This document shows, piece by piece, positions 43,438 to 53,536 of a stretch of DNA of 64,000 bases. A program made the translations under genes and the position numbers. Position 1 is the stretch's first letter. Every line of letters begins with the position of its first letter. The stretch is from Myxococcota bacterium (GTDB lineage Bacteria > Myxococcota_A > UBA796 > CAJQPC01): positions 128,001 through 192,000 of the forward strand of contig DASCPX010000016.1 in the NCBI GenBank assembly GCA_036012755.1. The letters are read 5' to 3'. The notes below the pieces were generated by a model, which saw nothing but the letters and a program-made list of their open reading frames with translations, ran no database searches and had not been told where the DNA came from.

Positions 43438-46179
43438 CTAGCCGTCGCCGTCGAAGTGGTATGGGTCCTTCGCTGACAGGTCAGCGGCAGTGAGCTCCCG
43501 GCAGCTGTTCAGCTCCCCCTTGTGGATGCACAGCTCGTGGCTCCCTTCGTCGTCCGGTAGCGGCACTTCGGCGGGGGCCTTGCCGTAGTCGGAACCGTCG
43601 AAGGTGATGCGAGCGTTCGCCGGGTCCGTCGTGACCATGACCCACTCGCCCTCGCGCACCACGGCGGTGCTCGACCCGTTGTCGACCGTGGCCGGAGCGT
43701 CTTCGGCGGCCTCCGGGGTGTCGTCACCGGACAAGGCCACCCAGGCGCCGCCCAGCAGCACGAGCGCGAGCACCACCGCTACGCCGAGCTTGCCCTTGGA
43801 GGGCGGGTCCTGTTCGATCGGCATCCTGCGAGCTGGGGTGCTCGGCAGGACCTTGGAGATGTCCTGGGTCGAGCGCGGCTTGGTCTGCTCAGCGCCCCAC
43901 TTTCCGCTCCCGAGCTCCTGTTCCCGCTTGCTGCTGTCCCTGCTGACGCCGACCTCGCCGAGCATCCAGTCACCACCCCGGTCGCGGCCGCCGAGGATGC
44001 TGTTGACCTCGCCCGCTCCGAAGAGGATGTCGCTCGATGCCTCCTCCTGGAGCGGCTCCTCCGCGCGCTCCTTCGACGGCTGCTCGGGCTCGTCGACGAC
44101 CTGCCTGACGAAGGTCTTGCCGGGCTGTTGGACGATTGGCTTCTTGGGTGGAACGGCCGGCTCGATGGGGCCGTCGAAGTCCTCGGTCTCGTCGGTCGGC
44201 TCGAGCGGCCTGGTCTGCGCCGCTTTCTTCTGGGCCTTCTTGCGATCTGCCTCGACGCGGGCAGCTTCTTTCTTGCGGGCCTCGGCCTCGGCCTTCTTTC
44301 GGGCCTTCTCTCGAGCCTCTTCGGCCTTCTCTCGAGCGTCCTGGTCCGCTCTGCGGCGAGCTTCGGCCTTCGCGGCGCGGTGGGCATCCTCCTCGGCCCG
44401 CTTGCGCACGGCCTCCGCCTCCGCCTTCTTCCGGGCCTCTTCCTCCGCTCGACGCCGAGCCAGCGCTGCGGCGCGGGCGTGCGCGGCCTTCTTTCGAGCT
44501 TTCTCTTCGGCCTTCTTTCGAGCTTCGGCTTCCGTGGCGCGGCGGGCCTCCTCTGCCTTCCAGCGCTCCTCGGCCAGGCGAGCCGCTTCCTCCGCGGCAC
44601 GGCGAGCTTCTTCCGCCTTGTCCCGCTCCTCTTCGGCCTTGCGCTGGACCTCCTCGATACGGCAGGCCTCCTCTTCGGCGGCCTTGCGGGCGGCTTCGGC
44701 AGCCTGGCGCGCCTTCTTGCTGGCCTCCTTCTCCGCTGCGATGCGGGCCTCCTCCGCGCGCCCCCGGGCCTTCTCCGCCGCGCGACGTCCCTCGTCGGCC
44801 TTCCGCGCAGCTTCACCCTCGAGACGAGCGCGTTCCTCGGCCTCGCGGCGGGCCTCTTCGGCGGCGTGGCGCTCGGCCTCGCGCTGGCGCGCTTCCTCGG
44901 CGGCACGGGCCTCGTCCTCGGCCTTCCTGCGGGCGTCGACCGCGTCGCGACACATCTGCTCCAAACGCTCGCGTTCCTCGCTGAGCTCCTGCAGTTGCGC
45001 TTCGACGGCAACGTTGCGGGCTTCCTCGGTGGCCCGACGAGCATTGGCCTCCTCCTGCTCGCGACGCGCCTGCTCTTCGAGGCGCTGGCGAACCTCCTCC
45101 TCGACCCGACGGCGGGTCTCCTCCTCGACTTCCCTGCGAAGCTCGGCTTCGCGCTCGGCGGCGGCCACCTTGGCGGCGGCCTCGCGCTTCTCGGCCTCCA
45201 GACGAGCCTCGGCCTGCCGGATGGCCTCGGCGGCTTCGGCCTGAACCGCCACTTCTCGTTTGGCATCGTCTGCGCGACGGGCTTCGTCAGCGCGTCGAGC
45301 CTCCTCGAGGCGCCTTCGCTTCGACTCACGACGGGCGTCGTCCTCGTCCTGGCCCCGGGTGACCACCCGCGGGCTCCGGCCCAGCACGCTTGGCGCTGTG
45401 GTGGGGGCGGGGGGAGCGACCTCGACCACGCCGAGGCTGCGCAGCGCGCGCCCGACACCGACCTCCTCGAGCAGCTCGACGACCAAGGCGTCCGGATCCA
45501 GCTGCGAGGTGTGGAAGAGGGCGGACAGAGCCTGGACGAGCGCTCGAGCAGGGTGCAGCCGGAGGCGGGAACGCTCGCGCAGCATGCCGGTGAGCACGAG
45601 CATTGCGCGGCTGGCGTCGAGCCCCTCGAGCTCGACCGGCGCGACCATCTTGGGGGGCCACACCTCGCCCTGCAGGTAGCGCACGACGGCTCCGAGTACT
45701 CTGCAGTCGGTCGCAGGCCCGATGTCGTCGCCGCCCGGCTCGGTCATCGCGGGGAAGTGCAACGCTGGCCGAATCCGCAGCACGCCGCCCTCGTCGAAGC
45801 CGATCCCCTCGGGGTGCAGGTGCCCGTGCCAGCTGCTCGTGTCATGGACACCGCGCAGGGCCTCGGCCACCAGGAGTACGATCGCGAAGGCAGCGGGGTC
45901 CTCGAGCGGACGCCGGAGCGCCGTGAGGGGGACCTTGAGGGCGGAACGGCTGACCACCCAGGCCTCGCCATCCTCGACTCCCCAGGTCAACTCCGCGAAG
46001 GGGCCCCCGCGGGGCAAGGACGCGGCCTCTGCCGCCAGCACTTCGGGGCCCAGGAAGATCTCTGCGGTGCCGCTGTCGCCTTCGGCGGACCAGCGCTGCA
46101 CGTCGCGGCGAGAGGACTGCAGGCGGTTCGTCGGACGGAAGCCGGCGAAGGTCCGCGCCTGCGGGTTGGGAGCGGCCAT
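43438..46179 (-). CDS. Degenerate Ser/Thr kinase-like domain + long Ala/Glu/Arg coiled coil + TM + PEGA-like domain
   Basis: VAEALRGVH..WHGHLHPEGI, ATDCRVLG; ~370-aa AERK-rich tract; TM; VTTDPANARITFDG..GKAP. Confidence 0.72.
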   Translation of the reverse strand: MAAPNPQARTFAGFRPTNRLQSSRRDVQRWSAEGDSGTAEIFLGPEVLAAEAASLPRGGPFAELTWGVEDGEAWVVSRSALKVPLTALRRPLEDPAAFAIVLLVAEALRGVHDTSSWHGHLHPEGIGFDEGGVLRIRPALHFPAMTEPGGDDIGPATDCRVLGAVVRYLQGEVWPPKMVAPVELEGLDASRAMLVLTGMLRERSRLRLHPARALVQALSALFHTSQLDPDALVVELLEEVGVGRALRSLGVVEVAPPAPTTAPSVLGRSPRVVTRGQDEDDARRESKRRRLEEARRADEARRADDAKREVAVQAEAAEAIRQAEARLEAEKREAAAKVAAAEREAELRREVEEETRRRVEEEVRQRLEEQARREQEEANARRATEEARNVAVEAQLQELSEERERLEQMCRDAVDARRKAEDEARAAEEARQREAERHAAEEARREAEERARLEGEAARKADEGRRAAEKARGRAEEARIAAEKEASKKARQAAEAARKAAEEEACRIEEVQRKAEEERDKAEEARRAAEEAARLAEERWKAEEARRATEAEARKKAEEKARKKAAHARAAALARRRAEEEARKKAEAEAVRKRAEEDAHRAAKAEARRRADQDAREKAEEAREKARKKAEAEARKKEAARVEADRKKAQKKAAQTRPLEPTDETEDFDGPIEPAVPPKKPIVQQPGKTFVRQVVDEPEQPSKERAEEPLQEEASSDILFGAGEVNSILGGRDRGGDWMLGEVGVSRDSSKREQELGSGKWGAEQTKPRSTQDISKVLPSTPARRMPIEQDPPSKGKLGVAVVLALVLLGGAWVALSGDDTPEAAEDAPATVDNGSSTAVVREGEWVMVTTDPANARITFDGSDYGKAPAEVPLPDDEGSHELCIHKGELNSCRELTAADLSAKDPYHFDGDG

Positions 46180-46306
46180 CGGCGTCGAGCATAACCGGGC
46201 TCGAACCTCCGGTGAGCTTCCCGACGCCGAGCCTGTTGATCGGCGTCGATCCGGTGGTTAGCCCCGGAGGCCCCCGCCATGGCATTGGCGGGGCACGGAG
46301 AGAGCA

Positions 46307-49300
46307 ATGAACCGCGTCGAGGATGCCATCCAGAAGGGTCGCTGCGTCATCGCGTTTGGCGGCCGCACACTGGCTGAAGACAACGTGCTCGTGGAGCTTC
46401 GCCGGCGCAGCGGCATTCCAGCGGTCATGTTGGGCGGGGACGCCGTCCAGCCGGCTCAGGCCTTGAGCGCAGAGGCCATCGCGCCCGCGACCGCCAGCCA
46501 AGGCGGCATCCTTGTGCTGATCGAGCCGGACGCGGGCACCGACGGGCGAGCGCTCGAGAGCCTCGGCGGTCTGCTCAAGGCGGCCCCGAACAAGCCTCGC
46601 GTGCACATCGTGGCGCGCGCCTTCAACCCCTTCCTCCTTCCGATGTCGATGCGCCTGTTGAAGCTCGACCAGCACAAGGTCCGAGCGAAGGACTTCATGG
46701 CGCGACTGCCCATGGTCGCCCCCGGGGGACCGGCCCCGGACAAGAAGAAGGCGAAGAAGCAGAAGAGCGGTCCTCGGGCGCCACGGATCGAATTCATCGG
46801 GCGTGAGGAGGAGCTGGCGGAGCTCGCCCACGTCCTCTCCGAGCCTGGCCCGGTCGCGGTCGTCGGCCACCCGGGCGTCGGTCGTACCTGGCTCGTCGAG
46901 AAGGCACTGGAGGCCTCGGAGCTCCGACGCCTGCCCGACTTCCTGGTCGAGGACGGCTCCGGCTTCGACACCCTCGCGGCTCGCATCGCCGAGGCCAGCG
47001 GGGACGACGCGGTCAAGAAGCTGGTGCGGAGCGGCGAGCGCGCACCGATGGACGTGATCGAGGGGCTCACCGCCGCCATGGAGGGCGAGGCCTTCGAGAA
47101 CACGGCGATGGTCTTCCGCAACCTGCGCTACTTGCAGCACCCGGACGGCTCCATCGCGCGGCGGGACCGGCTCAGCCTGTTTGTCATGGCGCTGTTGAGC
47201 CGCCCCACGCAGTGCCGGGTGGTGTTCGTGACGGATCGCAAGCCCGCGCTCTACGGAGACGGGCAGACAGCCGCGATCCGAGTCGTCGCGCTCGGTGGTC
47301 TGCGTGGAAAGGACCTCCATGCCATCTGGGAGGCCTACGGGGCCAGCGAGGTCGATCGCGCCAAGATGGGCCAGGTGTTCTCAACTACCGGCGGTCACGC
47401 CCTCGCCAACCGCGCCTTCGCGATCGCCTGGGCGGGGAAGAAGGACGACGGGCTCATCGACGGGAAGAAGTTCCTGAAGCTGACCGAGCGCAACGTCGAG
47501 CCGCTCTCCCGCCACCTGATGCGGCGGGTCGAGAAGCTGCCCTCCAGTCTCTCTCGCGCCCTGGCTACGGCGGCGCACGCCAGCCTCCCCGTCAGCGGAC
47601 GAGAGCTCAGCGAGCTGGGTCTGAACCGGGAACGTCGCACCGAGCTGCTCGTCGCCGGCCTGCTGGACGCCCTGCCGGTCGGTGAGCCTCGCGAGTACCG
47701 GGTCCACCCCCTCGTCAGGCGCACGATGCATCCCCGCGCCCTGTCCGACTTCGACACGCTCGAGGTCCTTGGCCGCTTGCAGCGCCAGCGCGCGGAGGCG
47801 GCCGAGGGTGTCGACGCCCTCGCCTGGCACCAGCGGGCCAACCGCACCCTGACCGCGGCCCGCCGGCGTCGGGGACTTCGGGATGTCGGCTACCCCGACA
47901 ACGACGGGGCGCTGGATTCCGTTCGCGGCATCCTCCGCAACCAGAAGAACCCGCGCTTCGACGTCGCGCTGCAGATCATCCGGCCCGTCCGTCGGAGCGC
48001 CCCTCGGGACCCCGAGGCCGCCTGCCTCGAGGCCTGGGTGCTGCACTACAACGACAAGACCGACGAGGCCGAGGCGGTCTTCGCCGACGCCCGGACCAAC
48101 GCAGCCACTCCAGAGGTCTTCCACACAGAGGCCAGCTGGCGCCTCGAGCGCCGACAGAAGGGTGATGTGCAGAAGGCAGCGGAGGCCCTGCAAGCGGGCA
48201 CGGCGGTCTTCCCCGGCGACGGCACGCTCTGGCGTCGCCTCGGGGCGATCCAGCAGGTGGAGCTCAACCGCCAGAAGGACGCCGAGGCGTCGTTCCGCAA
48301 GTCCCTGGAGGTCGAGCCCGGAGCACCAGAGGCCTGGTCCCGCTTGGGCGAGGTCCTGCTGGCGCAGGGCCCGGACAGGCACGCCGACGCCGAGCAGGCG
48401 ATCCGCTACGCCCTCGGGCTGGAGCCCGAGCGCCCGACCCATGGCTACCGCCTCGCGCGCTTGCTGCGCCGTCGCGCGCTGGTGGCAGAGGACGCAGAGA
48501 CCCGCGCCGCGCTCAACGCCGAGGCAAAGGCCGGCCTGGAGAAGGCCGTCCAGGCCCATCCTCGCAACCCCGGCCCCTACCTGGAGCTGGCGGAGCTGCT
48601 GCTCGAGCTCGGGGAGTCCCTCGATCGCGCCGAGTGGTGTGCGCGCAAGGCCGCGAAGATCCGCAAGACGCCAGCAGGTCAGGTCCTGAAGGCGCGCATC
48701 CTCGCCCGGACCGGTCGCACCGCAGAGGCAGAGGCCGCCATCCAGCGCCTCGCCGGCCAGAAGGGCAGCCAGCACCAGGCGCACGCTGCGCTATCGGAGC
48801 TGTTCTTCGCCCAGCGCAAGGTCTTCGCCGCGGATCAGGAGCTGCACAAGGCCATACAGCTGTGTCCCGAGAGCAGCCCGGCGTTTTCCCGCTACAAGCT
48901 CGAGAAGGCACGCCTCGAGCTCTTGATCTCCAGCGGCCAGGCCACGGAGATCGAGCGCCAGGCGGACCAGGAGCAGACGGCCATCGCTGATGCCGCTGCG
49001 GCCGAGGTCAAGACGACCCACGACCGCGGCACCGTGGTGCGCCGAAAGGGAAAGAAGGACAAGGGCGACGTCGTCGTCGGAGATCTCGGCAGCCAGACCG
49101 TTCCCCTGAAGCAGGCCCAGGAGACCCCGGTGGAAGCCCAGGAGATCCCGGTCGAGGAGACCCCGGTGGAGGCCCAGGAGATCCCGGTCGAGGAGACCCC
49201 GGTGGAAGCCCAGGAGCCCCCGGTGGAGGAGACCCCGGTGGAGGAGACCCCGGTGGAAGCCCAGGAGACCCCCAAGACCGCGCCAGAGGCGCAGTCCGCG

Positions 49301-49336
49301 GAGCCCTCGGCGCCAGAGCCCGTCGAAGAGGCGTGA
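46307..49336 (+). CDS. STAND/NB-ARC-like P-loop protein with TPR repeats and a repetitive tail
   Basis: FIGREEEL, GHPGVGRT, TGGHALA, YRVHPLVR, several TPRs, (ETPVEAQEIPVE)n. Confidence 0.75.
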   Translation: MNRVEDAIQKGRCVIAFGGRTLAEDNVLVELRRRSGIPAVMLGGDAVQPAQALSAEAIAPATASQGGILVLIEPDAGTDGRALESLGGLLKAAPNKPRVHIVARAFNPFLLPMSMRLLKLDQHKVRAKDFMARLPMVAPGGPAPDKKKAKKQKSGPRAPRIEFIGREEELAELAHVLSEPGPVAVVGHPGVGRTWLVEKALEASELRRLPDFLVEDGSGFDTLAARIAEASGDDAVKKLVRSGERAPMDVIEGLTAAMEGEAFENTAMVFRNLRYLQHPDGSIARRDRLSLFVMALLSRPTQCRVVFVTDRKPALYGDGQTAAIRVVALGGLRGKDLHAIWEAYGASEVDRAKMGQVFSTTGGHALANRAFAIAWAGKKDDGLIDGKKFLKLTERNVEPLSRHLMRRVEKLPSSLSRALATAAHASLPVSGRELSELGLNRERRTELLVAGLLDALPVGEPREYRVHPLVRRTMHPRALSDFDTLEVLGRLQRQRAEAAEGVDALAWHQRANRTLTAARRRRGLRDVGYPDNDGALDSVRGILRNQKNPRFDVALQIIRPVRRSAPRDPEAACLEAWVLHYNDKTDEAEAVFADARTNAATPEVFHTEASWRLERRQKGDVQKAAEALQAGTAVFPGDGTLWRRLGAIQQVELNRQKDAEASFRKSLEVEPGAPEAWSRLGEVLLAQGPDRHADAEQAIRYALGLEPERPTHGYRLARLLRRRALVAEDAETRAALNAEAKAGLEKAVQAHPRNPGPYLELAELLLELGESLDRAEWCARKAAKIRKTPAGQVLKARILARTGRTAEAEAAIQRLAGQKGSQHQAHAALSELFFAQRKVFAADQELHKAIQLCPESSPAFSRYKLEKARLELLISSGQATEIERQADQEQTAIADAAAAEVKTTHDRGTVVRRKGKKDKGDVVVGDLGSQTVPLKQAQETPVEAQEIPVEETPVEAQEIPVEETPVEAQEPPVEETPVEETPVEAQETPKTAPEAQSAEPSAPEPVEEA
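49121..49273 (+). repeat. 36-bp coding tandem repeat with 15/21-bp sub-units
   Basis: GAGACCCCGGTGGAAGCCCAGGAGATCCCGGTCGAG x3 plus partial copies. Confidence 0.9.
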
Positions 49337-49462
49337 AGAGAGTGCGATCGGGCTGAAAGAAAGGAACCGCTCGTACGTCTACCGGTCGGAACCAGAGGTG
49401 CACATCTGCTGCACGAAGGTTCACCCGCGTTTCAACTCGATCCCGAGCCTGTCGCGGGTAGC

Positions 49463-50587
49463 TTGGAAGCACTGGGGACCTTGATGCATCTCGTCCACAC
49501 CTCGTCCACCTTCCTCCTCCTCGGACTCGCTTGGGTGATGGCCCTGTCCATCATCTTCCGGCCCTCCTGGCAGCTTCGTCCCTCGCTCACCCAGGCCCTC
49601 TTCGCCGGGGCATTGGCCGTCGAAGCAGCCCTCTGCATCGGTCTCTGGGAGATCGAGGCCTCTCCCGGACTGTCGACCTGGACCCCGATGCTGGTCCTCG
49701 CCGCGGGTGGCGCGATGGCCGTCGGCGCGCTCAGGCGTGGCCGAACCCCGGCCGAAGTCCGCTCGATCCGCCACTGGCGCGGGGGCATCGCCCTGTTCGC
49801 TGTCGGCGCCCTCGTGGCCAACTGGAAGCGGCTGGAGGCCCTCGAGTACCTCGGCCGCACCAGCCTCGAGCAGGACCTCATCGCCAACGCGACCGGGATC
49901 GCGGGCTTCGCCGCCCTCGCCCTGATCGTCGTGGCCGCTGCACCCGTGATCGCCGTCCACCGTCAGCGCTGGCTCCGGCGTGCCGCCGTGCCGCTGGCGG
50001 CCGCGCTCATCCTGGGACTTCCCTTCCTCTTTGCTCCCGCGGCGCTGGCCATCGACGCTACCTGTGAGAGCTCGGTGGGCATCGAGAAGGCCTGGTGTCG
50101 GCGAAGCAGCTCCGGTCACGTCGTCGAGAGCTACGCCCTTCGCAGTGAGCTCTGGTATCCGGACGGCGGCGTCCTCACGAGCCAGTCCGCTCGCCTGGCT
50201 GGTCGAGTCCCCATCGACGAGGACACCTGGTACGAGGGCTTCGCCAAGGGTGACGGGACAGGACTCCGCGTCGGGAGCGCCCTGGCGATCGACGGCTACG
50301 TGACGCCGGAGCGATTCACGACCAACCTCGTCAACGGCCTCGACGACATAGAGGACTGCTTCGTCCGGGCAGAGAAGCGCGGCGCCATCGAGCCGGGCAC
50401 CCACGAGCTCATGCTCCACGCCGAGTACTCCGAGCTCACCTCGGCCTATGTCGAGTCCGGCGACGCCGACCTCGACCTCTGCGTCGCCGACACTCGCTGG
50501 CTCTCCAACCTCGGCAAATCCGGGGCGACCGACGTGGCGGTGGAGCTCGTCTACCCGGGCCAGGGCACAGAGGTCGCCCAGCGCTGA
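49463..50587 (+). CDS. Multi-pass membrane protein with a C-terminal soluble Cys-containing domain
   Basis: About six TM segments, then an extracytoplasmic domain; start uncertain. Confidence 0.65.
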   Translation: MEALGTLMHLVHTSSTFLLLGLAWVMALSIIFRPSWQLRPSLTQALFAGALAVEAALCIGLWEIEASPGLSTWTPMLVLAAGGAMAVGALRRGRTPAEVRSIRHWRGGIALFAVGALVANWKRLEALEYLGRTSLEQDLIANATGIAGFAALALIVVAAAPVIAVHRQRWLRRAAVPLAAALILGLPFLFAPAALAIDATCESSVGIEKAWCRRSSSGHVVESYALRSELWYPDGGVLTSQSARLAGRVPIDEDTWYEGFAKGDGTGLRVGSALAIDGYVTPERFTTNLVNGLDDIEDCFVRAEKRGAIEPGTHELMLHAEYSELTSAYVESGDADLDLCVADTRWLSNLGKSGATDVAVELVYPGQGTEVAQR

Positions 50588-50697
50588 CCCAGAGTCAGGG
50601 TGCGCGCATGTCCGATCCAGCCGGGCTCCTGCAGCGCGTCCCCGAGTTCGCCCGGGGCTGCGGCAGCTGGCCCGACACCCTGACGTAGGATCGCTCC

Positions 50698-52599
50698 GTG
50701 CTGTTGATCCTGCTCAGTTGCCTGACGGCGCCGGCTTCCTACCGGGCCCTCGTCCGCGACGTCATCGACGCCGACGGGGATGGCTTCTACGACGAGGAAC
50801 AGTGGGCTGGAGACGAGCACCTCGACGACCTCGACCTGCTCCCAGGGGATTGCAACGACGACGACCCGTTGGTGAACCCGGACGCGGAGGAGATCTGCGA
50901 CGGCGTCGACAACGACTGCGATGGTGGGACCGACGAGGACCTCGAGGAGCTCGTCGGCTGGTACATCGACGATGACCGGGACGGCTTTGGCGACCCCGAC
51001 CAGCCCCTCGGGGCCTGCCCCTTCCCGGACAACGCGGTGGAGGACGACACGGACTGCGACGACGCCGACGCCGGTGTCTTCCCCGGCGCCGCAGAGGCCT
51101 GCAACGGCGTCGACGACGACTGCGACGGCGAGCCCGACGATGGCGCGATGATCACCTGGTACGAAGACCCGGACGCCGACGGCTACGGCTCCGGGACGGC
51201 GACGGAGACCTGCGACCCCGGCGAGGGCTACGCCCAGGAGCCCGGCGACTGCGACGAGTCGGACCCCGACATCAACCCTGGCGAGACCGAGGTCTGCAAC
51301 GACGGCATCGACAACGACTGCGACGAGACCACCGACTGCCGCTGGTCTGGGGTGGTGTCCGCCGAGACCCTCGACATTGTCTACGGGGAGGTCGACGGGG
51401 ACTCATTCGGCGCCCGTCTGGCATTGGGTGACATCGACGGCGCAGCCGCCAACGACCTGCTGGTGAGTGCAGCTGACGCGTGGGTAGAGGGCGAGGAGCC
51501 AGGTAAGGTCTATCTCTTCAAGGATGGCTTGGCGGCCACCGCCACGGACGCCCACAGCATCTTCATCGGCCCCGAAGACCAAAGCGGATTCGGAGTTGGC
51601 GTCGACCTCTTCGATCTTGACGGAGACTCTCGCGATGAGGTGATCGTGGGTGGAGACCGCGCTGGCGGAACTGTTCACGTGTTCACGCGGCCGTGGAACG
51701 AGCTGAGCGAGGCCTCGACTGCGACGACGGTGTTCACGCCGTCGGGCAGCTCGGGGCGGTTCGGACACGCCGTAGCTGGCTTCGTCGACATCGACGGAGC
51801 CGGGACACCTGGAATTGGTGTGGGCGCCATCTCCGCGTCCACCACGGGCGGGATCTATGCTGTCCCGTATCAGGGCAGCGGCGAGTTCGACCCCGTGAGC
51901 ACGGGCACGCTCGTCCTGGGAGAGGGCGACGGCGACGAGCTCGGTGAGGTGGTCACCCGGGGAGATCTCGACGGCGACGGAGTTCCCGAGTTGTTGGCTT
52001 CAGCTCCCGGCTCTGATCGGGTCTCGGACGAAGGGGGAGCGGCCTACGTGTTCGAGCTTCCGCTGTCCTCGACCGACATCGGCGATGCACGGTCCGTCAT
52101 CGGAGGCGCCATCGAGAACGGCCGCCTCGAGGGCATCAACATCTCCGACCTGGACGACGACGGCGTAGACGACCTCTTCCTCGGCGCGCCGGCTACAGGC
52201 TGGGATCCGGCAGGGACCTTGTATGTCTTCACCGATCTGGAGTCAGGGGCTGTTTCGACGGCGACCGCGGACTTGAGGGTCGACGGAGAGACCGCCTACG
52301 GCGGTTTCGGCTATCGGGGCCTCGTGCTCGACCTCGACAACACGGGCGGGCCGGATCTGGCTGTCGCTGCCTCTTTGGAGGGGGCTGTCTACCTGTTCTA
52401 TGACGCAGCCGCGTCGGGCGTGCTCACCGCAAGCGATGCAGACGGCCATGTCGAGCTCACCTCGACGCAGAAGCTCCCGCTCGTCGCGACGCAGGCCTGG
52501 TCCCCCGACGGACAGACGCTGGTGTTTGGATGCAAGACCTGCGTGCTCGATTCCGCCAAGACCGGGGCTTTCCTCTGGCTGGATGCGTCAGGCCCGTGA
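50698..52599 (+). CDS. Lipoprotein with MopE-related Cys/Asp repeats and FG-GAP propeller
   Basis: MLLILLSC; DCND..VNP.A.EICDGVDNDCDG x3; GDLDGDGVPELL..AP, DLDDDGVDDL..GAP. Confidence 0.85.
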   Translation: MLLILLSCLTAPASYRALVRDVIDADGDGFYDEEQWAGDEHLDDLDLLPGDCNDDDPLVNPDAEEICDGVDNDCDGGTDEDLEELVGWYIDDDRDGFGDPDQPLGACPFPDNAVEDDTDCDDADAGVFPGAAEACNGVDDDCDGEPDDGAMITWYEDPDADGYGSGTATETCDPGEGYAQEPGDCDESDPDINPGETEVCNDGIDNDCDETTDCRWSGVVSAETLDIVYGEVDGDSFGARLALGDIDGAAANDLLVSAADAWVEGEEPGKVYLFKDGLAATATDAHSIFIGPEDQSGFGVGVDLFDLDGDSRDEVIVGGDRAGGTVHVFTRPWNELSEASTATTVFTPSGSSGRFGHAVAGFVDIDGAGTPGIGVGAISASTTGGIYAVPYQGSGEFDPVSTGTLVLGEGDGDELGEVVTRGDLDGDGVPELLASAPGSDRVSDEGGAAYVFELPLSSTDIGDARSVIGGAIENGRLEGINISDLDDDGVDDLFLGAPATGWDPAGTLYVFTDLESGAVSTATADLRVDGETAYGGFGYRGLVLDLDNTGGPDLAVAASLEGAVYLFYDAAASGVLTASDADGHVELTSTQKLPLVATQAWSPDGQTLVFGCKTCVLDSAKTGAFLWLDASGP

Positions 52600-53177
52600 G
52601 GCTACTGGCGCTGGCCTGCCACCCGACGTCCGACGCTGAGCTCATCGCAGAGTCCATCGCAGAGCTCACGGCAGGCCGTCCGAAAGCCGCCGCGGCCATC
52701 TGCCTTCAGGTTTCGCAAACCCAGGCAGCGGCAGAGTGCGCGTGGAGCGTGGCCGCTGTCGTTGCCGAGAGCGATCCGGCAGCAGCCACAGCAATCTGCC
52801 GGACTCTCTCCGGGGCACACGCCGACGAGTGCGCATTCGTAGTGGCAGAGGCATCGCAAGACCCTGAGCTCTGCTCGGGCACCGGTGGACTCGAGGTGAA
52901 GTGCCAGCTCCACTTCTACAGGGACGGGCTGAGCGCATGGGTGCCTCCGGACGCCCGCGTCGGCCAGGTTGATGGGCTTGCGCAGGAACACATGACTGCG
53001 TTGGGGCTAGCGGTGGAGACCGAGGCCGCCTGGTTCAGGACCTACCGGTACGTCCTCGCCCACACGGCAGAAGACACCACCACCGAAGAATGTCAGACGC
53101 TTGGACCGATTCGCGCAAGGGCGTGTGAGCGAGCTCTGGAGATGGACCAGGCGCGCCCTGGCACGCACCGCCCCTAG
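52596..53177 (+). CDS. Cys-rich helical lipoprotein
   Basis: MRLLALAC; GTGA overlap with the upstream stop; repeated C-x9/10-C. Confidence 0.65.
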   Translation: MRLLALACHPTSDAELIAESIAELTAGRPKAAAAICLQVSQTQAAAECAWSVAAVVAESDPAAATAICRTLSGAHADECAFVVAEASQDPELCSGTGGLEVKCQLHFYRDGLSAWVPPDARVGQVDGLAQEHMTALGLAVETEAAWFRTYRYVLAHTAEDTTTEECQTLGPIRARACERALEMDQARPGTHRP

Positions 53178-53473
53178 CCGCAGCTCTCGTACCACTCCGG
53201 GTCTTCGGGCTCCGGGAAGGGCTCGTCGGGGTCGATGCAGTTCTCTGTGTAGTCCTTCACCCACTCCTTGACCTCGGCGCGCGGCACCGGGCTCGGGTTC
53301 TCGGCGCAGGCCGCGTAGGGGCCCTCTTCGTAGAGCGCCATCCAGTCGTCCTGGCAGTCGCGCCAGGGTTGCTCCTGCTCGCACTTGCAGTGCGCCTTCG
53401 TGAGATCCGACCAGTAGTCGTCGACCGTGTAGGCGCAGGCCAGGAGGAGGAAGAGCACGGCGCCCACTAACAC
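53174..53473 (-). CDS. Small Cys-rich lipoprotein
   Basis: LFLLLAC lipobox; 6 further Cys; start may be GTG 53458. Confidence 0.7.
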   Translation of the reverse strand: MLVGAVLFLLLACAYTVDDYWSDLTKAHCKCEQEQPWRDCQDDWMALYEEGPYAACAENPSPVPRAEVKEWVKDYTENCIDPDEPFPEPEDPEWYESCG

Positions 53474-53536
53474 CTCGGAGCGCCTCGTCTATCGGGCATC
53501 ACCGCGAGCGCGGAGACCCCTGCCCTGTTCGAGCCC

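Noticed and set aside
44230..45330. TolA assignment for the Ala/Glu/Lys/Arg-rich tract
   Set aside because: Low-complexity similarity only; topology and lack of tolQR/B context do not fit
46280..46294. Third sigma54 promoter TGGCATTGGCGGGGC before the STAND-like gene
   Set aside because: GG-N10-GC spacing fits, but the -12 TTGC is poor and an SD-like GGAGAG is present; too weak to call
49121..49273. 36-bp repeats as CRISPR
   Set aside because: Contiguous, in-frame coding repeats with no unique spacers
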